From contig CALMPX010000206.1 in assembly GCA_937871355.1 (NCBI GenBank), positions 1 through 36,354 of the forward strand: a stretch of DNA of 36,354 nucleotides. Direction: 5' to 3'. Made by a program: the position numbers and the translations under genes. Numbering within the stretch: the stretch's first letter is position 1; each line of letters opens with the position of its first letter. The notes beneath the pieces were generated by a model. The model worked only from the letters and a program-made list of their open reading frames with translations, was not told the origin of the DNA and ran no database searches. This DNA comes from an uncultured Bdellovibrio sp. (GTDB lineage Bacteria > Bdellovibrionota > Bdellovibrionia > Bdellovibrionales > Bdellovibrionaceae). Positions 16,215 to 26,165 of the stretch are shown here, piece by piece.

Positions 16215-17306
16215 TCACTTATAGCTCGCCTGATTCGATAGTTCCGCAATAAATTTTCGACACTCATCATAGGATCCTTTAAAGGCTATTTTAACATTTC
16301 GTCTTTGGATACTTCCCAGGTATAACGGGTCATAATAATAAACCAGCAATTTTTCTATCCACAGCTTGTTACTTTGCAACTCACCGTTTGATAAAAAATC
16401 TTGCTCCGATTTATCCAACAAAGAAAGAATTTCCTGCGATCTTAATCCACCAAGTTTTTTTTGTATTGATTTTACTGATTTTTTAAATCCATTCATCAAC
16501 GTTGATTTATCTAAATGTGAATTTAAAATATAATCGGTAAAAATATTTTCGACCCTTTGAAACAAATTCTCTTGAATCCAAATAACCGAGGACTCTCTCA
16601 TTTTATCAAAAACTACTGTCGGTATGACGTTCTTTCCGATCAAACGGCTCTCGTCTTCAAATAAAATGACTTTTTTCGAACCTTGCCTAATCATCTTCAA
16701 GGCTAAAGCATTTTCAAAATTAATTTGCGTCGGTTGTGGTGTCTCACGAGAACCAAAGGCCGACCCCCGATGCAGAGCCAACTCTTCCAGATCAATCGAT
16801 AATTTTTTTCCTTCGGTACAATTGAGTAATTGTGTTTTACCACTGCCGGTGGGACCGCTCACGAGCATAAAATTTGATTCTTTAACAATTTGATTTGTTC
16901 GATCTAAGAAATGATTCCGTACAAATTTATACCCGCCTACAATCAAGGGCCGGTCAACACCCGCTTCTTTAAGCCATTGCTGGGTAATTTGCGAACGAAG
17001 GCCACCGCGAAAACAGTAAATGACGGCTTGTGGATTTTTTAAAATATAATCAGTCCAAGCTTTGATTCTTTGAGTCTTCACCGAACCGCTGATCAATTCA
17101 TATCCTAAACGAAGCGCTTCTTCGCGGCCTTTTTGTTTATAAGCTGTACCGACAGCGGCCCGTTCTTCATCGTTCATAATTGGCAAGTTCGCCGCATTTG
17201 GCAAAGATCCTAAATTAAATTCAACCGGAGCCCGCACATCAATCAGTGGCGTACCTTTTAAAAAAATTGAATCTAAATCTTCGTGGCTCACATTTTGTTT
17301 ATTCAA
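16215..17306 (-). CDS. mnmH: tRNA 2-selenouridine synthase
   Basis: IDVRAPVEF, rhodanese YCFRGGLRS, P-loop GPTGSGKT, HRGSAFG, EDESRLIG, YYDPLY; overlaps selD. Confidence 0.96.
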   Translation of the reverse strand: MNKQNVSHEDLDSIFLKGTPLIDVRAPVEFNLGSLPNAANLPIMNDEERAAVGTAYKQKGREEALRLGYELISGSVKTQRIKAWTDYILKNPQAVIYCFRGGLRSQITQQWLKEAGVDRPLIVGGYKFVRNHFLDRTNQIVKESNFMLVSGPTGSGKTQLLNCTEGKKLSIDLEELALHRGSAFGSRETPQPTQINFENALALKMIRQGSKKVILFEDESRLIGKNVIPTVVFDKMRESSVIWIQENLFQRVENIFTDYILNSHLDKSTLMNGFKKSVKSIQKKLGGLRSQEILSLLDKSEQDFLSNGELQSNKLWIEKLLVYYYDPLYLGSIQRRNVKIAFKGSYDECRKFIAELSNQASYK

Positions 17307-18348
17307 AAATCACCGATTTGTAATCAAGGCTTTGAACCTGACCGATGATTGTAGTCGATGGAAATCTGACTTTTAAAGCTTCGACGATTTTTTGGCTGTA
17401 TTGTGGATCAACAGATAACAGTAACCCACCGCTTGTCTGCGGATCATGAATGAGAGATTTAAATAAAGGCGACAACTTTTCAGTCTCGATCGAAGCTGAA
17501 GTATAATCTGCATTGGTGCGATGAGCTTTGGTCAAAAAGTTTTTCTCTAAACATTTCATGGCCATCGGAAAAAGAGGCAAATTTTGGCTTTCTATTTTCA
17601 AAGTGACTTCACTAGCCTTGGCTAATTGCATGCAGTGACCGGACAGTCCAAAACCGGTAATATCTGTCGCGGCATGAACAGCTTTTTTTTGATCGTCGGA
17701 TAAAAAATCAATCGCATTATTAATTTGCGACATACTTTTTATGACATCCATCATGTCGAACTCTTTGATTTCCTGACGTTTAAGTGCAGCGGTAATCGTT
17801 CCCGTTCCGAGCGCTTTAGTTAAGATAAGATGATCTCTGACTTTGGCTCCGGTATTGGTCCATATTTTTTGCGGATCAACAAATCCCGTGACAGAAAGAC
17901 CAAACTTTAAAGTGTCATCATCAATAGAATGTCCTCCGACAAAATTAGCGCCGGCTTCGGCCACCACATCACTGGCCCCTTGCATGACTTCAACAATTGT
18001 TTCAGCGCTCATGGTGGCCAAAGGAAAGGCTAATATTCCCATCGCTGTTTTAGGACGACCGCCCATCGCATAAACATCACTCAAGGCATTGGTCGCGGCC
18101 ACAGCGTCGAAGTGGCGAGGCGAATCTAAAATAGGCGTAAAGAAATCTAAAGTCTGAACCATGGCAATGGAATCATTAATTTTATAAACTCCTGCATCGT
18201 CAAAGAATCGACCATCCACTAAAAGCTCAGGATGAGGCTTGGGAAAATGTACTTGAGATAAAATAGTTCGCAATTCTGTCGCCGAAACTTTAGCGGCACA
18301 TCCACCTTTTTGAACGGTCTGAGTTAAAGACGTTTCGATTTTATTCAC
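17299..18348 (-). CDS. selD: Selenide, water dikinase (Cys form)
   Basis: GGCAAK, DDAGVY, TLDFFTP, NALSDVYAMGG, GGHSI, TDITGFGL, DPQTSGGLL. Confidence 0.96.
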   Translation of the reverse strand: MNKIETSLTQTVQKGGCAAKVSATELRTILSQVHFPKPHPELLVDGRFFDDAGVYKINDSIAMVQTLDFFTPILDSPRHFDAVAATNALSDVYAMGGRPKTAMGILAFPLATMSAETIVEVMQGASDVVAEAGANFVGGHSIDDDTLKFGLSVTGFVDPQKIWTNTGAKVRDHLILTKALGTGTITAALKRQEIKEFDMMDVIKSMSQINNAIDFLSDDQKKAVHAATDITGFGLSGHCMQLAKASEVTLKIESQNLPLFPMAMKCLEKNFLTKAHRTNADYTSASIETEKLSPLFKSLIHDPQTSGGLLLSVDPQYSQKIVEALKVRFPSTTIIGQVQSLDYKSVIFE

Positions 18349-18392
18349 CTAACACTCCTAGTTAATGCTTTCAAGATTTGACCACAAAAAAG

Positions 18393-19121
18393 TCAATTTG
18401 ATGAACTTTTCTTAGCCGTATAGGAAAAATAAATAGCTAAACTCATTGGGAAAAGAAATCCAATATACTGGAACTTCGCGAAAATAAAAGCACCGACTAT
18501 TGACCCCATCGTAAAAGAAAAAATTGCGGCCAATCTAAGTAGATTGGCCCTGCGTTCTATTCGTTTTTCCTGGTCAGATAATTTTTTGAATTCGGCGCGA
18601 ACCAACCCAATGCCAAGATCAGTTGTAAGACCTGTTAAATGAGTAGTTCTTATCGTAAAGCCTGAGGCTGTTGTAATAGCTCCATTTTGTAAACCGCAAG
18701 CACCACACAAACAGGCCAGAAGTATAAAATCGTGTTTAAGATCGGCCGGTTTTCCAAAAACTCCAAAAAAATTAAAGTAGCCCCCGACGGCTACAAAGGC
18801 TAACAGAACTGCAACAATTCCCATGACCGGAGCATATTTTTCACCATGCAGCTTATGAGCGAATTGCTTTTCCGTCAGATAGCCAGAAACAACAACGCCA
18901 ATTAAAAAAAATAATGGTATTAATAGTGATCCTAATGCCTCTAGAAATTCAAAGCGTTCGATGGATATACCTGATAGAGTCGCAAAACCCGTCACATGAG
19001 ATACAAATCTATGACAGGCAAGATAACCGCCGGAGTTTATAGATCCCGCTAAAAAACTAAGAATAAACCAATCCGTGTAAGTTTTAAATGATACATTCTC
19101 TTGAAACTTATGCTGAAACAT
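18393..19121 (-). CDS. YoaK/DUF1275-family membrane protein
   Basis: LSFLAGSINS, FVSHVTG, GLQNG, IRTTHLTGLTTDLG; multiple TM helices. Confidence 0.9.
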   Translation of the reverse strand: MFQHKFQENVSFKTYTDWFILSFLAGSINSGGYLACHRFVSHVTGFATLSGISIERFEFLEALGSLLIPLFFLIGVVVSGYLTEKQFAHKLHGEKYAPVMGIVAVLLAFVAVGGYFNFFGVFGKPADLKHDFILLACLCGACGLQNGAITTASGFTIRTTHLTGLTTDLGIGLVRAEFKKLSDQEKRIERRANLLRLAAIFSFTMGSIVGAFIFAKFQYIGFLFPMSLAIYFSYTAKKSSSN

Positions 19122-19279
19122 GAATTGATCATAGCCTATTTTTTCAAACGTGGCCTTTAAATTAAGAGAGAATCGCCTAGATACAAGACCAGATTTTAAT
19201 CCAGCATCACTTTGGTCCTGCCGTTCGCTTTATGAACATGTTCTCCTATTGTCACGAACAATTACAATATGGAGACATC

Positions 19280-19939
19280 ATGAAGCCCATTTTTTTAATC
19301 CTATTATCTGCCACGTTCCTATCTCAGGTGACCTTGGCTCAAGAACCTGCTTACTGCGACCCAAAAACATTTCTATCTAAAGAGGTCGATCCCCACGAAA
19401 AAATTTGGAGAGATCGCGCTTTTCGTTTAGGTGATGTACTTCTGATTGGCGGCGCGCTTGGCTACAGCCGTTCAAAAAAAGTTGTCGAATTTGTCGAAGA
19501 TTATTCCAATGCCGATAGTTCTGATAAATATTGCACCTGGTACTTAAATCAAAGAAATGACCATGCCGCAGACAAGTTCAATTACTTTCCACTCCCTCAT
19601 CCAAAAAATTTGACCGTCGAGACCGGCCCTCAAGAATTCGGTTCAATCCTTAAGGATCAGTTCTCCAAATCAAAAACAAGTTTCTTATCTTGTATCGAAA
19701 AACATAAATTTTTACTGATGGGATGCGACGGGCAAATGCACCGCGGACCCAGCGTATTTGGCATGATGCTGAGCTTTTCTGGATGCAGCGCTGCCAATTC
19801 AGCAAAGATCGTCAATGGCCTCTGGGGGCTTAACGGCGTCAAACCTGAAGTTCGTTTAGCCATTATCGAGGAAGGCCGGAAATTCGGCGATCAAGATCCA
19901 CAAGCTCGTCGTCGTATGCAAAAAGCTTTTGGTTATTAG
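19280..19939 (+). CDS. Secreted protein with CX5R (PTP/DSP-like) active-site loop
   Basis: ATG at 19280 with GGAG RBS and signal peptide; FLLMG-CDGQMHR-GP following a hydrophobic strand. Confidence 0.65.
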   Translation: MKPIFLILLSATFLSQVTLAQEPAYCDPKTFLSKEVDPHEKIWRDRAFRLGDVLLIGGALGYSRSKKVVEFVEDYSNADSSDKYCTWYLNQRNDHAADKFNYFPLPHPKNLTVETGPQEFGSILKDQFSKSKTSFLSCIEKHKFLLMGCDGQMHRGPSVFGMMLSFSGCSAANSAKIVNGLWGLNGVKPEVRLAIIEEGRKFGDQDPQARRRMQKAFGY

Positions 19940-20027
19940 AAATTGAATATTAAAAATGGATACAGTCTTTTAGGCTCTTTAACGAGAAAATTGTACAAAC
20001 AAAAAAGAAAGAAAATTTAAATCACCA

Positions 20028-20603
20028 ATGAAACGCAAAATTATTTCATTATTTGTTAAAATAGGAATATCACCCAATTCTTTAACTTTAATCGGACTTG
20101 GACTCGGAGTTTTCTCTTGCCTCAGTTTCATTTTAACAAAAAATTGGTTGCTGTTTATCATTCTACTGAGCTTGAGCGTTTGCTTCGATTTTCTTGATGG
20201 AGGCGTTGCTCGTGCCAGCAACAAAGTTACAAAATTTGGGTCTTATCTTGATGCGATAAGTGATCGCGTATTAGATGGCTTAATTTTAATAACAACGGCT
20301 TACATAACTGGGTATTGGATGTTGTGCAGTCTACTTATGCTTCTTACTTTAAGCGTTAGTTATGCTAAAGCGCGCGCAGCACTCGAAGTTCCAATTTTGA
20401 ATACGGAATGGCCCGACCTGATGCAAAGGCCGCAAAGAATTATTTTTATTATTATAGGTCTTAGCGCAAATCAAATAATCCCTTTTTTAATAGGGGGACA
20501 AGATATTTTATTTTGGACGCTTTTTTCAATGAATGGACTTGTTGGTTTTACACTTTTACAAAGAATATATCGAGCTTATATCATTATAAAAGAAAGAAGC
20601 TAA
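20028..20603 (+). CDS. CDP-alcohol phosphatidyltransferase (PI-phosphate synthase-like)
   Basis: SPNSLT; DFLDGGVAR...KFGSYLDAISDR signature; VSYAKARA; next to the inositol-phosphate synthase. Confidence 0.9.
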   Translation: MKRKIISLFVKIGISPNSLTLIGLGLGVFSCLSFILTKNWLLFIILLSLSVCFDFLDGGVARASNKVTKFGSYLDAISDRVLDGLILITTAYITGYWMLCSLLMLLTLSVSYAKARAALEVPILNTEWPDLMQRPQRIIFIIIGLSANQIIPFLIGGQDILFWTLFSMNGLVGFTLLQRIYRAYIIIKERS

Positions 20604-20781
20604 AACGTCATCTTTTGCCTATATCTCTAAATAAATATTATCATGGCTAAAAATTTAATGACTCTAAATTGACTAATACCTCGAAAATTTGTCATTGCTA
20701 AGGTTCTATAGGAGGTCTCACTCTTTATGATATGTTGACTTTGATCATATAATCAATTCTGATCTTGAAAAAGGAATCATT

Positions 20782-22077
20782 ATGTTAGCCGATTCAAAAA
20801 AAAACAGTCAAAGTATACCCCAAGGTAAACTGGCTGTGCTGACACCGGGAATGGGTGCTGTGGCAACAACTCTATATGCCGGCGTAGAGGCCATTAAAAA
20901 AGGCTTGGCTTTACCTATTGGTTCGTACACTCAGCTCGGAAAAATTAAAGTCGATTTAGAAAATCAAGAAACTTTTAGACTCGTCAAAGATCTCCTTCCA
21001 CTTTACAATTTAAACCAAATTGTTTTTGGGGGATGGGATATTTTTCCGGAAAATGCATTCGAAGCGGCCTGCCATGCTCAAGTCATAAATAGGGAACTTC
21101 TCAATCAAGTTGAAAAGTCTTTATCCGAAATTAAACCGATGAAAGCTGTATTTGATCCCGATTTTGTAAGACGTTTAAATGGCACACATATAAAACAAGG
21201 ACCAAATAAAATGAATCTTGCAGATCAGCTTCGGCAAGATATTAAAGATTTTATGAAAAATCACAATTGTGAAAGAGCGGTCATCGTTTGGTGTGCTTCA
21301 ACAGAAAAATATAATGAGCCCACAGAAATTCACTCCAATATTAAATCTTTCGAAGAAGGCCTCCGACAAAACAACCCTTCCATCAGCCCTTCTCAAATCT
21401 ATGCCTATGCCGCTCTAATGGAAGGGGTCCCCTTCTGCAACGGATCACCTAATATTTCAGTCGAAATTCCTTGTATACAAGAGCTCGCTGCAGAAATGAA
21501 AGTTCCGATCTGCGGCTCTGATTTCAAAACTGGACAAACCTTAATCAAGACTGCGATCGCTCCGGCCTTGCGATCTCGTCAATTAGGTCTAGCCGGCTGG
21601 TTTAGTACAAATATACTTGGAAATCGAGATGGTGAAGTTTTAGAAGATCCGGAATCATTTAAATCAAAAGAAGTCACTAAATCAGGCGTGCTCAATAATA
21701 TTTTAGACAAAGATCTCTATCCTGAGCTTTACAGTAAAATAGATCATGTTGTTCGAATTAATTACTACCCACCTCGAGGTGATAATAAAGAAGGTTGGGA
21801 TAATATAGACATCTTTGGTTGGTTGGGTTACCCGATGCAAATTAAAATTAATTTTTTATGTCGCGATTCCATTTTGGCTGCCCCACTAGTTCTCGATTTA
21901 GCTTTACTGATGGATCTGGCTAGTCGCTCTGGACTATCAGGACCACAAGAATGGCTATCTTTCTATTTTAAAATGCCTTTGAATAATAAAAATCAAAAAA
22001 CAGAACACGATTTATTTGTTCAGATGCAAATGCTAGAAAAAACTGTCAAAAAATTATCGGAAAAAAATAATAAATAG
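20782..22077 (+). CDS. ino1: myo-inositol-3-phosphate synthase
   Basis: GMGAVATT, FGGWD, VWCASTE, NGSPN, GSDFKTGQT, NILGNRDG, GDNKEGWD, RDSILAAPLVLDL, LSFYFK. Confidence 0.95.
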   Translation: MLADSKKNSQSIPQGKLAVLTPGMGAVATTLYAGVEAIKKGLALPIGSYTQLGKIKVDLENQETFRLVKDLLPLYNLNQIVFGGWDIFPENAFEAACHAQVINRELLNQVEKSLSEIKPMKAVFDPDFVRRLNGTHIKQGPNKMNLADQLRQDIKDFMKNHNCERAVIVWCASTEKYNEPTEIHSNIKSFEEGLRQNNPSISPSQIYAYAALMEGVPFCNGSPNISVEIPCIQELAAEMKVPICGSDFKTGQTLIKTAIAPALRSRQLGLAGWFSTNILGNRDGEVLEDPESFKSKEVTKSGVLNNILDKDLYPELYSKIDHVVRINYYPPRGDNKEGWDNIDIFGWLGYPMQIKINFLCRDSILAAPLVLDLALLMDLASRSGLSGPQEWLSFYFKMPLNNKNQKTEHDLFVQMQMLEKTVKKLSEKNNK

Positions 22078-22102
22078 CTCATAGAATTCGAAAAAAATTA
22101 TT

Positions 22103-25100
22103 TTAAAAGCCGCTAACTGTTCTTATGGTTGGCGTACTTCCCGATTTTCCATTTGTTGTATCTCCGGTACAGTAGACATCTCCTGCTTGATTTACACCGC
22201 AGCTGATTTTATTTTTTCCTAGATAAATACCATATTCATAATCATCACCAACTGAAATATTTTGAAAACCGGATTGATTTAATGCAAAGGACACACCTAC
22301 CGGAACATCATCTGTCGTTCCAATACCAAGCTGTCCCGCCTGATTATTTCCCCAACATTTCACTTTTCCGCTATCCACACCACTTCCGATCAGGGCACAA
22401 GTGTGAAAACTACCCACAGAAACTTTAGTAATTAAATTTAAATTATCTATAGTTTGTAAGTTTACTCCATAGCCATAGCCCCAGCATTTGACTTTTCCAA
22501 CATCAACGCCACTGCCTATCACTGCACAGCTTTTGTAATTTGAAATTTCAACTTGAGAAGCCTGTGTTAAGCCTGCGACCTCAACGGGAGTATTACTTGA
22601 AGTAGTTGTGCCATCGCCTAGTTGTCTTTGAGCATTATATCCCCAACATTTCACTTTTCCCGCATCAATTCCACTTCCGATAACAGCACACGTATGTTGC
22701 CCTCGCGCGGCTATGTAAGACACTTCGCTTAAACCACTCACAAAAACGGCATTATATTGACTTACGTTCGTTCCATTGCCTAGTTGGCCTTCTCCGTTAT
22801 AGCCCCAACATTTCACTTTTCCTGCATCAATGCCACTACCGATTAACGCACAACTATGAGTGGAGCCAGAAGAAACTTGAATCGAATTTAATACATTATT
22901 TACTAAAACAGGATTAACCCTAACTGCTGTTGTTCCGTCACCGAGCTGACCATATCCATTAAAACCCCAACATTTTACTTTTCCGGCGTCAATACCGCTT
23001 CCAATCAAGGCACAAGTATGAAATACACCCATAGAAAATTGCGTGCTATTATCGATTCCAATAATTGCGGTAGGAAGAGCAACGACATTACCGGTTGAAA
23101 GCGGAGTTGCATTTGGTCTTCCCCAACATTTGACTTTTCCGCTATCGACACCAGCGCTAATCAAAGCACAAACAGAATAACCATTTGTCGAGACTTGTGA
23201 CGCCGAATCTATACTATTAATTTTTTGAAAAGTTGTTTTAAAGGCCTGAGTTCCATCACCAAGTTTTCCTTTAACATCATCTCCCCAACATTTCACTTTT
23301 CCCGTTTCGACACCAGAGCCAATGTACGCGCAGGTATTAATTGCACCAGAGGATACTTGTGATGCATTCGTTAAACCGTTCACAAATACGGGATTCAATT
23401 GCAATGTCGTGGTACCGTCACCCAACTGACCCATTTCATTATTTCCCCAGCATTTTACTTTTCCTAAATCTGGTCCACTTCCGATTAAGGCACAAGTGTG
23501 ATATGCACCAGATGAAACTTGCGATACATTTGTTAAACCATTCACAAATACGGGTGTTACTCGAGATGTGGTCGTCCCATCTCCTAACTGACTATTAACA
23601 TTCCAGCCCCAGCATTTCACTTTGCCTGTATCAATTCCACTTCCGATCACAGCACAAGTATGGTATGCACCAGCTGAAATTTGTGATACGTTATCTAAAT
23701 TGACAACTAAATTAGGAGAATTAGTATCATGACCACTGTTATCCCCGTTACCAAGACTTCCATGATAATTGCTACCCCAACATTTCACTTTCCCAGCATC
23801 AACTCCACCTCCACTTAAGGCGCAACTGTAGCCAGCTCCAGCGACAACTTGAATTATATCGGTTAAACCACTCACAAAAACAGGATTGGCATAGGAGCTC
23901 GTGTTAGTTCCATCTCCAAGTCCACCATAATAATTTGATCCCCAACATTTCACTTTTCCAGTATCAACTCCGGACCCAATCAAAGCACACTTATGTGAAT
24001 CTCCCACGGCAACTTGATTTACGTTGTTTAAATTACTTACCCAAGTTTGACCACTATTAATGGGAAACTCTGCTAAACTACTTCTACAGGTTACTTTTCC
24101 TGCGTTAACGCCCACTCCACCAATAACAGCGCAAAAATATTCATCACTACCATTAGAATATAAATTCATAGAAATATTCACGACATCAGACAAACTGTTT
24201 CCAGATATGTTCTCTGGTAAAGAAATTGTAGAAATTTCTCCACCACCAGGATCATGCGTAAAATCACCCCAACATAAAACTTTACCGTACTGAGTTAAAA
24301 AACAATTGTGATTTAATCCCGCTAATATCTGCGGCGGAGTGAAGGCTCCAGGGTTAGGATCTATACCCGTCGCCTCAATATTATAAATCTTATCACCACC
24401 GATTTCACCACACGATCGGTGAATCGCCGTATTTTTAATTCCAGGACTTGTTGGATGAGCCCTAACGGTAACAAAACACGAACTTTGAGAGGCTTGTCCG
24501 CCGGCACTGCATGTGTAATTTGTTAAAGTAAAATCTGATGAATTATCTATTGTAGGTGTTGTGCAATTTATTAGCGGCTGCGAATTTGGATTTCTAAAAA
24601 ATAAAGTCATTTCGATCGAAGATTTATTCGGCTGCACGACTCCTAAATTTGTCAATCCATATTCCTGCTGCCAGTCAGCCAACAACACTCCATTAACACT
24701 TATATTCGTAGTCACAGAAGCGCCGACGCAAGATCTAGATAATGTTGTCGTTTTCAAACCTGTGCCCGTTGGGTTCGCTTGAATTTCAATCGCGCAACTA
24801 TTACTGTTTTCTAAATCATTCAGATCACAACCATCGTATAATATTGAAAAATCAGTGGTGTTCGATAAAACCGGAGCCGTACAACCTGTTGCATCCGCAC
24901 CGTCATTTTGTATATAAAACCATTCCGAGCTGGAATTGTTTCCCACATAAATATTATTAAAATTATAATTCGTTGGACTGATGCTTAACACCGGTCCAAG
25001 AGCCGTCACTGTGATTTGATTTGCGGTGGTGCTGACTGTTCCACCGTAAACACATGTTCGTGACAACGTCGTCGTTTTTAATCCTATCGATTGTGGAATA

Positions 25101-26076
25101 GGCTCAACACTGACCATACAATTCGAACTGACCAGTAAGTCATTTGTCCCACAGTTATCACTTAATAATTGAAAATCAATCGCATTAGATAAAACAGGCG
25201 CAGAACAACTGCTGGCTCTGGCTAATGAACTGCTGTTACTGATTGTAAAAGCCTGCGCTCCGATCACATCTCCTATGTCGATCGTTCCAAAATCATAACT
25301 CAAAGGCGCGATCGCCAGTGTTGGTGTTAGTCCGGTGACTTTATTTTATCTATTTTCGTACTGACCGTACCACCACTCGAACAGCTTCTCGATAACGTGG
25401 CTTTTTTTACCCCGCCTGATTGCGGATTAGCAACGACAGTAACGCTGCATGATCCATTTAATCCCAAATCTAAAACACCACAACTATCTGCTGTGATAGT
25501 AAAATCCAAAGTGTTACTCAATGTAACTAAACCACACCCCGTCACAGCCGTTTGACTTCCGGACGATAAAGTAAAAATCTGTGCGCTAGAATTGCTGTTG
25601 ACCGACATACTATTAAAATTTTTCGTATCAGGACTCCATGCCATAGCGGCCGGAACAACCACAGCCGTAATGAGACTTTGACTGGTACGAACCTCTGTTT
25701 CGTAATTACATGAACGACTTAACGTTAAACTGTATGTTCCTACGGTTGAGGGATTAATGGCTACTTGCACATCACAAGTTTCATTGGGCTGCATACTTGA
25801 GGAGGTACAACCATCACTGACCAAAGTAAAATTAGTCGTATCCGATAAAGTCACACTACTACATAAAGTGGCCTGCCTACTTCCCAAGTTTTGATAGGTA
25901 AATGTTTGTGTCGTATTCGAACCTAGATTAACACTTCCATAATCGTAAGCTCCTTTATCCCAAGTCAAATTATCGACAGAAGCTAAAGTGACTTCAGAAT
26001 AATTTCCAAAAGGAACGCATCCGCTGAAAAGCAAAATGATTCCATACAAAAAAAATGTATTTGAAGCGCGGTTCAT
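22103..26076 (-). pseudogene. Large surface lipoprotein: five ASH/Ig-like domains + 14 RCC1-like repeats, split by a 1-bp frameshift near 25340 (ORF-track pieces 25327..26076 and 22103..25303)
   Basis: Lipobox FSGC; repeated TLSRSC Ig units; 11 x GKVKCWG plus 3 variants; adding one A restores IKVTGLTPTLAIAPLSYDFG. May be a sequencing error rather than a true pseudogene. Confidence 0.8.
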
Positions 26077-26083
26077 GGCTTAT

Positions 26084-26110
26084 TTATCGGTTAAAAAAAT
26101 GAACTTCTGA
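26084..26110 (-). promoter_or_regulatory. Sigma28 (FliA)-like promoter of the Ig/RCC1 gene
   Basis: Minus strand TCAG-N15-ACCGATAA versus consensus TAAA-N15-GCCGATAA. Confidence 0.45.
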
Positions 26111-26165
26111 AGTTTAACAATGTCTCAATCTGAAACAAGGTTGTTAGTTATTTGCGTTCACTCAA

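Noticed and set aside
18290-18310. Selenocysteine recoding in selD
   Set aside because: The active-site codon is TGT (Cys); there is no in-frame TGA.
22340-23960. Recurrent CCCCAACATTTCACTTTTCC-like DNA repeats as a CRISPR array
   Set aside because: They are the codons for GKVKCWG in RCC1 repeats, vary at synonymous positions, are spaced about 140-180 bp apart and have no cas genes nearby.
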